DNA of 64,000 nt from Eledone cirrhosa (lineage: Eukaryota). Positions 49,101 through 58,159 of the stretch are shown in pieces; position 1 is the stretch's first letter; every line of letters begins with the position of its first letter. The notes under the pieces were generated by a model, which saw nothing but the letters and a program-made list of their open reading frames with translations, searched no databases and was not told the DNA's origin. A program made the translations under genes and the position numbers. The stretch is from positions 100,192,001 to 100,256,000 of the forward strand of contig OZ024743.1 of assembly GCA_964016885.1 (NCBI GenBank), written 5' to 3'.

Positions 49101-50967
49101 TGCTTAGTTACATATTGTCACCAGGTATGTGTTGGAAAAATTAATATTTTAACATCCTCTTTTTTTTATATGCAATGAACAAAATTCATTGCTGTTAGTA
49201 CTATTGTTAGGTATGGATCAAAGCCATTTCAACCATGGCCATCCTTTTTTAAACATGATAGGATGTACATGGAAGGATATTCAGCTTTTATCTCTAGCAA
49301 GTTGAGTGACCACGTAGGGCTTCTATTGTTGGTTCATTGAGTATACTGTAGTAACATAATGTGTATGGTGATACAAATAAATGTTTCATACATCATTAGG
49401 TTAATATTTAATACAAGGTTTGTATTGGGTGAGACACGGTAAAGGAAAGAAAAGTGTGGCATACGGGTGCATCAAATGATACACCTTCATAGCTCTGAGA
49501 AACAAGAAACATCATAGTAATGGTAGGAAAGACACAGCATTTCAGTGGAATAGTGGTTGTAGTATGTTAGTGCTGGACTTTTGACTTCATTAGTACGATC
49601 ATCATCATGAATTTTACATTAATTTTTATTAATTTCCATTATGAATCCTTGTGTGTTGTAAGATCTGACTAAAAGGTTTGGTACCAGGAAGGGCATTTGG
49701 CTTTAAACATTGCTTTGAAAGGGACCCCATGAGGGATATAAAGATATTCTGGGACATGCATGGCTAACACCTGACCTTAAAATACTTTTTGTGTTCTTCT
49801 AAATATATATTTTTTTTCCTTTTTCTTCTCAGAAAACCAGCTCGAACACCACCTCTTCATTGAGCAAAACTGTTTCAGTTATTGCATCATTGCCTTGAGC
49901 TGCTCTGATGATAACCTGCGTGCAGCTGCATACCATGCACTTTTTCACTTCAAAAGTCATTTGATTAGCGGTACATATTTTCATCTGCGAGACCACTTTC
50001 TGTGTGTTCTGAGATTCTTAAAGAACAGTATAATTAAAGACAATGTCCAAATACCGTTCATAACGACTCTATATTTAGTCAGAGTTACTCAAGTTCTGTT
50101 AAATAAAGGTAAAGATTTAACTCTTGTTTCCCTATTACTAATGAAAAAAAAATGATTTACAATTTATTTTGAAAATAATCAAAGATTTAGAAGGATTTAG
50201 TAATATAACTAACTAACTTTATGTTTAGTAACTCTTAATATCCTATAATAATTTGGCTGAAATATCTAAAAATGTGATCTGTTAATTCAAATGTTTATAG
50301 TATATTTATTTGTTGACATATTGTTGTGAAAATTTGTAATATTAGATTAAAGGCTTTAGTTGGTAATGTGATGCAGTTGTAGTGTTATTTAAACTTTTCA
50401 AGAAAATGTTGCTAATGCAATGTGGTGCAGGATGTTAGGAATTAAGCTGTTGTTTGGACAACAAATATTCTTAAATTTTGATGAAAGATTTTTAGATCAA
50501 TATAAACACATTAAACAGTTTTGTATTATAGAACCCGAGGGGCTTGTTATCTAAAGGGTTTTAAAACATTAGAATGTTGTTCATTATAAAGTGGTGGTAA
50601 AAGCCTTCGTTGTTCTCATTTTCTTTTTCTGTTACAGATCATGATCTTTATACTTCGATTATTGGTTCAGTTGTGATGAAACCATTCTTTGATATATATT
50701 CAGTGCCAGAATTTTCCCAGATGTTTAATTGTTCCTCATACAGGGTTAGTGCATAATTATTTTTCTTCCAGCTTTTGTTCTACCACAAGCTCTTCAGCTG
50801 GTTGTTGAATTTGTAGGAAACTTTTGTTCTCCACTCACATACTTTTAGTTTCCATCTTTTGCCATATTCTTGTCTCTACTCGTTCTAGTCATATAGCAAA
50901 GGAAAAAAATTTGTAAATGATTGTTATTTATGATCCTATAAATCAACGACCCAAGCATTAACATTAA

Positions 50968-50998
<31 letters not shown>

Positions 50999-53900
50999 TA
51001 TTTTCTTCATAGATAGATAGCTTATATACACTCACTGAGTTTATCAATTTATAATAGAGCTTGATTTATTTATTGTGGAAAAAATAAACCAGGGAGCGTG
51101 ATCAACCTGACCAATTGATTAGTTTCGTTTTTCATTAAAACCATCACCAGACTTGCTGTGTACATCATCATTATTTAACATCCATTTTCCACAATAGCAT
51201 GGGTAGGACAGGCTGTCCTTTTGTGAGAGATCAGGTCAGAGGACTGTGTTTCGCTCACACAGAACTGATTTTGGCTTGATTTCTACAGCTAGATGCCCTT
51301 CCTAACACCAACCACATTTACATGGCTATATATCTTTCTATTGAAAAACTGATGAAAAAGATGAATTTTACTCTTGAACTTTTGAGGAAATAACATGTCC
51401 AAATTTTCCTTCCAGCATTACACAAAGAAAAAATGGATGCTCCATCTACTTCATGATGGTCTTCAAGGTGTGACTGAACATAAAATTTATCAAAGGTTTC
51501 ATGTGTTTAAAATCATCATGTCATATGCTAATTCTTCTTTGTGTGACAGTGGAACTCAGGTAAGTTATGATATATATTTTTCACTAACCAAGATTGAATT
51601 TGTTCTTTACCCATTTCAAAATTATATTTCTTATAAAATGACACTACGTGTGTGTTAGTTCATTTTCACTATATCTAGAATTTTGTGGGGCTTAATCCAA
51701 TAACCATATTCCTCTCTATTCATTGATTATATTAAAAGCACAACCACATGTGCACCCTTAACGTAAATCTCAAGGACTGTGTAACAAAGCTGACCCCTTG
51801 AAATGCATGTATAGTCCAGCTGACGAGCTTCCATTTTTTTTCCAGGTTTAACTGATATCATTTTTTATTTTTTTTATGATTTTCATGCAAACAGCCAAGG
51901 TTGAGAATTGTACACATGGAATGTGGTTGTGGTTCAGAGAGTTAAATGTTCTTTAGTTGAAATCATTACATCATCATCATCATCATTTAACATCCACTTT
52001 TCCATGCTGGCATGGGTTGGACCAAGTCAGTAATTAATTGGAGCTACTGTCCACTTAGATTGGCTGGGAGCCATGTCTCGCTTACATACTTTGATTCCGA
52101 TTTTGGGCTGGTTTCTATAGCTGGTTGTTCCTCCTATCCCACTTTTATCATACACCACCACTAGAGAGATTGTCATGTCCTTGAATACAACTAAAGTGTC
52201 GTCTCTAACATTTGTTTGGCATCGTTTCTACATTACATTTATTTTTATATATTACAGGAGTTGGTGTTACATATACTGATGCAGGCTTGTTCAGAACAGA
52301 AGACAGCTGTTCAAATGACACGGAGATACAGCATCCTAACTTGGATTAACTCATTCATTACTAATGTGTATGTTTATATTTCATTAATGGTTTTGTTGTT
52401 GTTTTGTTATATTTTGATTGCTAGTTGTAGTCTTTATTTACTTCTTTAGTGTTACAGTTGTTCAATCAACAGAACAACATAACCAAGAAATTAACATGTA
52501 TGTGGCTGAGTATTCCATGGACACATACTCTTAACATCACTAACCTTTGCACTTCTTCAATGTTTTCCTCTTTTCATGTGCTCCAGATCTGTGTTCATCT
52601 TCAACCTGTTCCCTTGAAACCACCTGTAGAAACTTTTCTCATTAATTCACCCCCATAGTCCTCCTCTAACATTTCATAGTCTTCTCGTTTGGTTTTCGTA
52701 AGATTAACACAACATTTGATGGCATAATGTTGTTCTTTGTTTCCTTACATCTTGCTACATGTTGATAGATAGGTGAATCAGATCACACTTGTTCCACCAT
52801 GTACGCTGCTGTGCTCCAGTCTAGGAAGTTACCAGTTAGTCACTTTATATATTATATATAAGTCACTTCACCATGAAGTAATATACTAATTGAACGATAT
52901 TTAATGTCTTTCCTGAAATTTTCTCATTGCTCATTGAACATACCTTGTATATGGAATGGACCTCTGCTGGTTTCAATGATCAGTGTTCCAGTTGTTTGAT
53001 CAGCAAAACAGCCTACTCATGAAATTAATATGCAAATGGCTGATCATTCTACAAACATGTACCTTTTAATATAATTCTGAAGGAGATTCAGTGTAACACT
53101 CAGATGTGGTTGTGAATTGCAGGTGCAGTCCATTCAACAAGCTGTGGGATATGTATAGCTTTCTATGTTGGCATGGGTTGGATGGGGATGGAAATTAAGT
53201 CAGCGGTGTGAGTGTAAGGGGTTAACATGGGTTATAGATTGACTGGTTTTTAATTTCATATATTTTGCATGTTTAACAATTTATTCATTTTTCTTGTAGG
53301 GATCCTCACTCACAGTTGGCAGTTCTCATCACAAAACTGGTGGACAAGATTTGGTGTTCTCTGCAGCAGCAGAAGAAATCTCAGAAGGATGACAAAGAAT
53401 TTACATTGCCAAAACCATTTTTTACTGAGATGCAGATCTTACTGTTAAACCTTTTGGATCATTTCAGGTATTTATTATCACATGTACATGTGAGTATGTG
53501 TATAGAGAGAGCTGGGGAGAGAGTGAGAGATAATGACCTAATGAGTTTTGTGTGATATGGTGAGATATAATAAAGAGGGTGAGTAGAATGAAGAGAGACT
53601 GTGGGTAAGTGGGCATGTTTGCAGAAGTAATGTACAGCTATTTCAAGGAAGTAGTAATGATAGAAGACAATATCTCTGAGATAGTGGTTGTAGTGTGTTG
53701 GTGATTGAATCTTTGTCAATTACTTAAATTTTGGTTGGAGGGTGGGGGCAATCTAGAATGTTTGTCAATGAAGCAGCATTATCTTATAGATATGAACAGT
53801 ATTTTAATGTGGGCTTTACTTGACATTTGTGCAAGTTTAAAAACTGACCAAATCTGAAGTATTTTCTGAGCCTTTGTGAAGTATCAAATATCCCAACTAA

Positions 53901-56900
53901 TTATTCAATCAGCCGAGTTTCATCTTCCATCTTATAATTGGCTGGAGCTCAGAATGCCATGCCACTTGCTGCAGCCCTTCAGTATCTAGCACACACTCCA
54001 ACAGAAAAAAACAGCCAACTCTTCTTTTATTTCATTTAGTAGAGCGTTAGGCAACTTGCTTTGCAGCATAGAGTTACGTCCCTTTACGTTCTGAGTTCAA
54101 ATCCTACAGGCTAGTTTTCCGTCTGTACAGAGTCAATAAAAAGTAAGTATATGTTTGAGCTGATGGTAAATTTTTGAAAATGTTAAATATTTTAGATTTG
54201 TTTTCATGAATTCTTTACTTTTTGTTAATGAAAAAACTAGTCTAAATTGAATACGTATAAGAAATCTTTCTTTCTTAATCCAGGGAAGTAGGTGCTCAGT
54301 CAGCAATGAAATTATTTTTGCCGCTATTCAGTTCAGTTTTAGAACACAAGAAAAGGATACAGGCACAAGGTATTTTTTTACATTTTTCTATTTATTAATC
54401 CTTTCATTTCAATATGCCTGTGTCTCAAATAATTTTGAAATTAATCAAGAATTTGGAGGGATTTAGTAATATAACTAACTTCCCTATTATTAAGCTGGTG
54501 TTTGGAACATAACTTGACAAATGTCCTTACAGAAAATTATGATGGAGGATTTTTAGATAAATATAAACACTTCAAAATACCAGATTAATATTGTAGAACC
54601 ATGACTGGTTTCAAGCAGGTTAGTATCAAAGGGGTTAAATTATAGTAAAATAGTTGCAAGGTATATGAAAATCCTTGTCTTTTATTTGTGAGGACAAGGC
54701 TAATCATCGTTCTCATCATCACTTTTTTTCCACACTAGCATGGGTTAGACGAATTGTCCTGGTGTGAGCAATGTCAGCTCAGGTGACCATGTCGTGTTCA
54801 TACAGAACTGATTCTGGCCTGGTTTCTACAGCTGGATGCCCTTCCTAATATATATTAAAATTCTTTTTATGACAATTCATGTGCTACTATTGAACTGTCT
54901 CCAATATTCAGTGATTTGCTTGTGTATTTTAGAATAGCATTCCACAAAAAAAATTGAGTGACCAAAAAAAACAAAGCAAAATATATTCTTTGTGTCCAAT
55001 CACAAGACATATCATAATTCTCTTTATAGCAAAGTAGTTAGTGCTAACCTTTTCATTACAACTTTCTCACAGCTTTCATCATCACACATCTAATTTTCCT
55101 GCTAGCAAGGTTTGGATGGGTTATCACAGACCAAGTAGTACTTATTTGGAGCTACTTGCCTCTCAGACAGACCAGGAGCTTGCTTACTACTTACATAGTT
55201 CTTGCACTCTACGACGTGCATTTTATCATGGCACCAGTACTAGGGAGGTTGTCATATCTTCAACACAGCTAAAGAGTCCTCTCTGACAGTTTTCCCTTTC
55301 TATTAACAAACCGTTTACACAGTGTACAGGTTGTTATGCTTGACACAACTGAAGAGTCATCTTGCCTCATTCTTCTTTAGAATAATATTATTCATGTGAA
55401 ACATTAAGAAGCATCATGGCTATGAAATCAATACTTTATTCACATGATTGTAAGTTCCAATCTTAGTACAGCCATTGTGGTGTCTTTCTAAGAAAGTTTA
55501 CTTGACTGAGGAAAAACAGGTTGCACTCTTACTTGACTGTTAAGTGGTTAGAAGTTAAGAAGGGCAACCAGCGATAAATACAATTTCAAATTAACATAAA
55601 ATATAATACACATAATACAGTAAAAGAATATATAATTTCAGATGTTTCATCATCATTATCATCATTTTCCATGCTGGCATCTGTCAGATGAGTTGTCACT
55701 GTCAGAGACAAGACAGGTCTGAAGACTACGCCATGCTCATACATTCCATTTTGACATGGTTCTTAAAGCTAAATGCACTTCTTATTGCCAACCACATTAT
55801 AGAGTGTACTGGGTGTATTTTATCGTGGTACCAACACTACCACTTTACAGAGTGTGCTGGGTACATTTTATTGTGGTTATAATAATAATGAAAATGATTG
55901 TGTACAGTGCTCAGGTGCACTACAACTCATCAAAGGTGTATGTATAGTACATAGAATATTGTACAAACGTGAGGAAAGTGAACAGTGTATGAGTCATGAT
56001 ATACACACACACTTGCGTGTGAAAGGGAAATGTCAGGTGAGTGTTGGTGGATTGGTTACACCAACGCTACCATTTTACAGAGTGTATTGGGTACATTTTA
56101 TCAATGTAGCCTCCACACATATTTTTCATATTTATATATTTATTTTTCAGAGGAAAGATGCTTGAGTAAATGTGAGGAAGCATCAAAAGTGAAGAATTGT
56201 GAAGACAACAAAGAAATAAAGAATGGATTCAGTGACCTTCAGGAGAAGACAGAAGACAATGAGAACTCAAGTCTATTATCTGATCCACTTTTTGATTTAA
56301 CTACACAAAGAGACATTCTTTTATTACTATTTCAGTGTCGACTGCTTATGCAATCTACACACATTTTCCAACAAGCTTTAGACATTCTAAGACTCTCTGG
56401 TTATGACTACAGTCATTTGGTAGAGGTTTCTAAAGACAAAATGGAGTTATCAACACAGGAGGTTACTACTGAAGAAACTGATGTGGATGACTCCGTGTCT
56501 GAAGACGACTTAGCATATATAGATGTTTCAGAAGAAGAACAAATAAAATTGACCAGTTCCCTTATCAATATTTGTTTAACATGGAAACCCTCTACACCCA
56601 CTACTGAGAATGGTAAATTAGTTTTGATTGAAACGCTAAAATTAGTCATTTCATGGTTGAGTCATGAGGTTAGCCATAAAGGGACCATTATTCAGTTATA
56701 TACTGTGTTATTATGGATTGACAGAACTCTTGAGAGCTGTAATTCTATCATTCCTGATCTCTTATCTGGAGAAAATACCACAGTTTCTATAAGAAGTCTC
56801 CCTGAAAATCTATTAGTATTGCAGGGCGGAATTTTTTCTATGAAAGACCCTGACAACACTAACCAGACAGAAGATCATTTGGAATTAAAATCTTATAATG

Positions 56901-57037
56901 AAACTATACAGAAATCCCAAAAATTGCTGGCTAAACTTTGTAAATTAATTTCAGATTTTCAAATTCAACACAACGTAACAAATGAATCAGTTAATTTTTA
57001 TCTATTTTTAGACAAAGTTGTAAATGTAATCATTTGA
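3943..57037 (+). CDS. URB1: URB1/NPA1 nucleolar pre-ribosomal-associated protein 1, whole spliced gene span (34 coding exons, 6600 nt, 2199 aa)
   Basis: All 33 introns are GT-AG and exon phases chain without a stop from ATG 3943 to TGA 57035-57037. Peptide blocks match my recall of metazoan URB1 in collinear order: LILIRIASDLS, LYSWYG, HNGIIFFDTTFG, QVCPEQIQPFY, NPYSYID, LPFSPLI, DLFHAQSDPMALC, FGVYGATLSLQDQKLL, PYLWGP, CYDPSFLLP, ALSCSDDNLRAAAY, WMLHLLHDGL. Length is close to the ~2200-2300 aa of vertebrate URB1. Confidence 0.93.
4838..5118 (-). mobile_element. CR1/L2-group LINE 3' end
   Basis: Minus-strand FTHRVAEAWNKLPASVISCRDTASFKNA (WNxLP...FK terminus) followed by a 3' UTR; UTR copies with (ATT)n tails at ~30440-30720 and ~55878-56040. 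Confidence 0.7.
5820..5956 (+). CDS. URB1: URB1 exon 2
   Basis: ttttcag acceptor; AVSKFIKSS...EKSPQD; donor gtaag. Confidence 0.88.
6710..6994 (+). CDS. URB1: URB1 exon 3
   Basis: poly-T tag acceptor; AVCVFDALRLILIRIASDLS...RRNKM; donor gtaagt. Confidence 0.92.
7736..7832 (+). CDS. URB1: URB1 exon 4
   Basis: VEEDMRTCFFHFISGFLVARSDAVISQLVDKH; donor gtaagt. Confidence 0.9.
8076..8289. mobile_element. piggyBac-type MITE (~200 bp, TTAA flanks, CCCTTTAGCATT termini)
   Basis: TTAA-ccttttagcatt ... aatgctaaaggg-TTAA. Confidence 0.85.
9286..9368 (+). CDS. URB1: URB1 exon 5
   Basis: IVKQMFKGMEVDKASSLQIFLPLVLQK; donor gtaact; phases fit. Confidence 0.87.
11075..11209 (+). CDS. URB1: URB1 exon 6
   Basis: IVRNNLINKSVKVKLF...LYSWYGPEYW...TK; donor gtaagt. 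Confidence 0.9.
11247..11927. mobile_element. piggyBac MITE (11247-11743, RTE-interrupted) plus adjacent inverted partial copy (11744-11927)
   Basis: Same family as 8076-8289. Confidence 0.8.
11334..11627 (-). mobile_element. Short RTE subfamily B 3' end nested inside a piggyBac MITE
   Basis: Matches 42286-42610; splits the MITE at gagat/ttgat. Confidence 0.8.
12867..12988 (+). CDS. URB1: URB1 exon 7
   Basis: ttgcag acceptor; ANVHGNPEDLAVIRTYTHELLLELLTSPHNGIIFFDTTFG; donor gtaagt. Confidence 0.9.
13850..14051 (+). CDS. URB1: URB1 exon 8
   Basis: NCNKTLRYVLEN...QVCPEQIQPFYKK...FSKK; donor gtaaga. Confidence 0.88.
14097..15191 (+). mobile_element. 5'-truncated RTE LINE, subfamily A
   Basis: RT C-terminal region and 3' UTR nearly identical to the 3' end of the 26201 element; (ATG)n tail. 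Confidence 0.9.
15192..16637. repeat. Minisatellite, roughly 45 units of ~27-39 bp: CTATATAGTCTGTCAACA(T/C)CA(CTA)n
   Basis: Directly visible tandem array; explains the low-complexity ORFs 15113-16225, 15170-16015 and 15976-16650. Confidence 0.95.
16960..17560 (-). mobile_element. Old, decayed RTE-type LINE RT fragments
   Basis: Remnant peptides RTITLVSHASRILLRVL and GRPKRHWNDDIREW. Confidence 0.6.
17716..17928. mobile_element. piggyBac MITE
   Basis: TTAA flanks and terminal inverted repeats. Confidence 0.85.
18783..19305. mobile_element. Tc1/mariner-pogo-like non-autonomous element with TA flanks
   Basis: Left TAccatatctactcatatataa versus reverse complement of right end TAccgtatgtactctaatgtaa; contains the 150-bp palindrome. 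Confidence 0.55.
18887..19036. repeat. Perfect 150-bp palindrome with no spacer
   Basis: Centre between 18961 and 18962; the 75-bp arms are exact reverse complements. Confidence 0.95.
19345..19482 (+). CDS. URB1: URB1 exon 9
   Basis: VLEYQYEVLTPLK...IEKNLN; donor gtaagt. Confidence 0.87.
19750..19930 (+). mobile_element. SINE family 1 copy
   Basis: Highly similar to 1943-2130. Confidence 0.8.
20757..20930 (+). CDS. URB1: URB1 exon 10
   Basis: SPDLYMRHVCLDYIF...ITGMKK; donor gtaagt. Confidence 0.9.
20966..21194. mobile_element. piggyBac MITE (opposite orientation)
   Basis: TTAAccctttagcattta ... taaatgctaaagggTTAA. Confidence 0.88.
21609..21946 (+). mobile_element. Composite SINE family 2: tRNA head + CORE-like domain + RTE 3' UTR + (ATG)n tail
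   Basis: A box tggcttagtggttagagc; B box gagttcaattctc; CORE-like tccttgagcaag.cactt...tttactcagctg; 3' part matches the RTE subfamily B 3' UTR. Confidence 0.8.
22024..22073 (+). ncRNA. Minimal type I hammerhead-like motif in intron 10
   Basis: Stem I UUAUUCU/AGGAUAA; CUGAUGA 22031-22037; bulged stem II; GAAA 22054-22057; AUA 22064-22066. Confidence 0.5.
22272..22362 (+). CDS. URB1: URB1 exon 11
   Basis: LLPSTAIIYCCWVKMDK...EDHS; donor gtttga. Confidence 0.85.
23218..24078 (-). mobile_element. Truncated piggyBac transposon (5' end plus transposase N-terminal part)
   Basis: Terminus ...cactaaagggTTAA at 24078; ORF 23379-23840 has an acidic N-terminus and DYFFLFLP...EEINRYAQQ; after a frameshift near 23425 it continues WRPTDAAEIQAFFTINIMFGIKQFPRLWNYW...MPKTTYLKLNQYLHLVD. 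Confidence 0.85.
24592..25058. mobile_element. Two piggyBac MITEs in inverted orientation (24592-24775 and 24841-25058)
   Basis: Same family, about 65 bp apart. Confidence 0.82.
25108..25385 (+). CDS. URB1: URB1 exon 12
   Basis: EVDPLEHVALSMQILYRYQ...GIKN; donor gtaaga. Confidence 0.88.
25852..26200 (+). mobile_element. Composite SINE family 2, second copy
   Basis: Closely similar to 21609-21946 over its whole length. Confidence 0.8.
26201..30379 (-). mobile_element. Near full-length RTE-clade LINE (subfamily A), disabled
   Basis: Minus-strand ORF pieces 29834 to 26582 encode an APE endonuclease (VGTMNVGTL, CIQETRW, ISAYAPQ, AGDLNGH, SQVDYIL, SQHRL) and an RT (QFGF, FVDLEKAFDRV, GVHQGSVLS, YTDD), ending RRLRWYGHVMR...GRPRKTW; (ATG)n tail; several frameshifts and stops. 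Confidence 0.92.
30938..31036 (+). CDS. URB1: URB1 exon 13
   Basis: NDLKKFHINVILDFLVTIRDPQLLIVIKSLVCQ; donor gtaaac. Confidence 0.85.
31699..31957 (+). CDS. URB1: URB1 exon 14
   Basis: LLYKTGFFVGLKNELLIWL...NPYSYIDQV...VLE; donor gtgagt. Confidence 0.92.
32497..32704. mobile_element. piggyBac MITE
   Basis: TTAA flanks and terminal inverted repeats. Confidence 0.85.
32833..32953 (+). mobile_element. SINE family 1, 5'-truncated copy
   Basis: Starts at tctgagttcaaatccc; core and tail intact. Confidence 0.75.
33233..33305 (+). CDS. URB1: URB1 exon 15
   Basis: FNEDELSQTDLETIASNSNESVI; its phase 1-to-2 change is needed to join exons 14 and 16. Confidence 0.8.
33764..34451 (+). mobile_element. 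5'-truncated RTE LINE, subfamily B
   Basis: RRLRWYGHVMR...GRPKITW plus subfamily B 3' UTR and (ATG)n tail. Confidence 0.88.
34583..34653 (+). CDS. URB1: URB1 exon 16
   Basis: LPFSPLIIVASELTKDIPASESS; donor gtaagt. Confidence 0.85.
34845..35045. mobile_element. piggyBac MITE inserted in a SINE
   Basis: The single TTAA of the host SINE (compare cttaacgtaattctcag at ~653-669) is duplicated at 34845-34848 and 35042-35045. Confidence 0.87.
35445..35605 (+). CDS. URB1: URB1 exon 17
   Basis: LKYFLRSVLLDLFHAQSDPMALC...PNSK; donor gtaagt. Confidence 0.9.
35731..35812. repeat. 41-bp tandem duplication
   Basis: tcac(a/g)cactagagatgactgaggaaggaagg(a/g)gtgatgaca, twice. Confidence 0.9.
36278..36499 (+). 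CDS. URB1: URB1 exon 18
   Basis: ttttcag acceptor; LKIKNNPVD...SCFEK; donor gtttgt. Confidence 0.85.
37174..38122 (+). CDS. URB1: URB1 exon 19 (large central exon)
   Basis: 949-nt open exon DTDVLPDAIK...MPVE within ORF 37138-38127; donor gttagt. Confidence 0.9.
39321..39473 (+). CDS. URB1: URB1 exon 20
   Basis: DKMTCLKKIGKRY...LHVS; donor gtatga. Confidence 0.85.
40397..40656 (+). CDS. URB1: URB1 exon 21
   Basis: SKHFVPLESFKDIV...EKYLK; donor gtgcta. Confidence 0.85.
41329..41396 (+). CDS. URB1: URB1 exon 22
   Basis: NISSEQFDVLKATWSSFIRSSL; donor gtaagt. Confidence 0.85.
41703..41894 (-). mobile_element. SINE family 1 copy
   Basis: Reverse complement of the 1943/19750 element. Confidence 0.8.
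41978..42153 (+). CDS. URB1: URB1 exon 23
   Basis: FCFTDPTLWRILL...HSKFTDIM...VAN; donor gtaagc. Confidence 0.88.
42286..44750 (-). mobile_element. 5'-truncated RTE LINE, subfamily B
   Basis: ORF pieces 43619-44389, 43323-43649, 42535-42780 encode RT (QFGFVPGRGTTDA, YADD); 3' UTR differs from subfamily A. Confidence 0.9.
44893..45003 (+). CDS. URB1: URB1 exon 24
   Basis: LVLDIILLIMEMEPECHVEAHLNIFFGVYGATLSLQ (conserved YGATLS); donor gttaaa. Confidence 0.92.
45060..45280 (+). mobile_element. SINE family 1 copy (older)
   Basis: Same head, core and tail with more substitutions. Confidence 0.7.
45363..47301 (+). mobile_element. 5'-truncated RTE LINE, subfamily A
   Basis: RT motifs (QFGF, DLEKAFD, YADD), same 3' UTR and (ATG)n tail; frameshifted. 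Confidence 0.9.
47578..47641 (+). CDS. URB1: URB1 exon 25
   Basis: QKLLKIISLYEKNGVNFNKF; donor gtgagc. Confidence 0.9.
47905..48064 (+). CDS. URB1: URB1 exon 26
   Basis: PYLWGPKF...MMNSIMNFPLERKLC; donor gtaagt. Confidence 0.92.
49031..49124 (+). CDS. URB1: URB1 exon 27
   Basis: PSTVLSGDQLKLSDCYDPSFLLPVLSYILSP (conserved YDPxFLL); donor gtatgt. Confidence 0.92.
49833..50108 (+). CDS. URB1: URB1 exon 28
   Basis: NQLEHHLFIEQNCF...ALSCSDDNLRAAAY...LLNK; donor gtaaag. Confidence 0.92.
50638..50744 (+). CDS. URB1: URB1 exon 29
   Basis: HDLYTSIIGSVVMKPFFDIYSVPEFSQMFNCSSYR; donor gttagt. Confidence 0.9.
51416..51559 (+). CDS. URB1: URB1 exon 30
   Basis: HYTKKKWMLHLLHDGLQG...DSGTQ; donor gtaagt. 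Confidence 0.92.
52258..52367 (+). CDS. URB1: URB1 exon 31
   Basis: ELVLHILMQACS...YSILTWINSFITN; donor gtatgt (phase 2). Confidence 0.88.
53300..53467 (+). CDS. URB1: URB1 exon 32
   Basis: DPHSQLAVLITKLVDKIW...LLDHF; donor gtattt. Confidence 0.87.
54284..54369 (+). CDS. URB1: URB1 exon 33
   Basis: EVGAQSAMKLFLPLFSSVLEHKKRIQAQ; phases link exon 32 to 34. Confidence 0.82.
54395..54638. mobile_element. Second, older TTAA-flanked MITE family (ends ...gtatcaaa.gggttaa)
   Basis: Related decayed copies at ~13025-13256, ~38168-38338 and ~38880-39134. Confidence 0.6.
56151..57037 (+). CDS. URB1: URB1 exon 34 (terminal coding exon)
   Basis: tttttcag acceptor; ERCLSKCEE...KVVNVII then TGA TAA. Confidence 0.88.
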
Positions 57038-57058
57038 TAAGAGAAGAAAAATGTTTTT

Positions 57059-57064
57059 AATAAA
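57059..57064 (+). terminator. Candidate polyadenylation signal AATAAA
   Basis: AATAAA 21 nt after the stop codon, followed by a T-rich and GT-rich tract at ~57087-57115. Confidence 0.55.
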
Positions 57065-57545
57065 AACATATTTTTAATATTCCTGCTTTTTTTTTTTTTT
57101 TTTTTTTTGTGTGTGAATACATCATGTGAGTAGGGCATCCAACCAGAGAAACCATATGAAAAATGGGACAAGACATTGACCACCCTATTTTGGAGGTAGT
57201 AACTTCAAATAAGAACTAATTTGGACCTTCCAGTATGGAAAGTAGATGTAAAGTTATGATGAGAGACAGAAGTTGATTTATTAATTCAGAGGAAGAGATA
57301 TTTAATACTAGCAATAGATCTCGCCGTTGCTGGGTACACCTTTTGCCACTGTAAATAAAGACCCCCTCTCTCATCAACATGGCTGTCTTTAAATAGCACC
57401 AGAACTCTGCTATTTTAGGGGAGCGAAAGATTTCAACTATCTGTTGACATGCTCCAGGAGCTAAATAACTTATGTCTCAAAATTGGATGGAAACTATGGA
57501 AATGCATCGCCTGCATACAGAGAGACATTTTCGTTTATATATTTA

Positions 57546-58159
57546 CTAGCAGAATGGCCCGGCGCTGCTCTGGATTTGATCTAGGGTTCTTATATATTTG
57601 ATATATATTTATCCTTATCGAGCCTCGTGAAATAAATACGTTTGTTTATATTTTGTTATTGTGTATGCAAAAATATCTGTACACGAATATATAATTATAT
57701 ATATATATTAAAATAATATATTAATGTTTAAGCAAAGAATCGCTGCTTTCAACCTTAACGGGATCTTCTGAAACTAAAAAAAATCAATCTGTGAACGCAG
57801 ATGTAAATATTTCAAAAAACATTGCAACCGAAGGAAAATAGGAAGACGATACTTTGGTTCGTGAAGACGTTCCCTGGCATAAGAATATATATATACACAC
57901 TGATCGCATCATAATGCAGACAGCCAGGCATACACAGATATTATGTAGGCGCGATATCATATCTATGTATCTATCTAAAAAGAGAAAGACTAAGAGATGG
58001 CTAAATCGCCTAATACGGTCCCTAGGTCAGAATAATTTGAAATTTTTTTTGCTCAAAACACTTCCGGGGCCATACGGGTTACATGTGTAAAGTTTGAAAA
58101 AAATGGTTGGGTACTTCTCGAGTTTTAGGGAAACACATCCTCTGTTTTATATATATAGA
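57546..58159 (-). mobile_element. Non-autonomous Helitron-like element
   Basis: Minus strand begins TCTATATATATAAAA and ends with a GC-rich imperfect hairpin then CTAG, inserted between A and T with no TSD; similar decayed ends at ~57308-57543 and ~58166-58488. Confidence 0.6.
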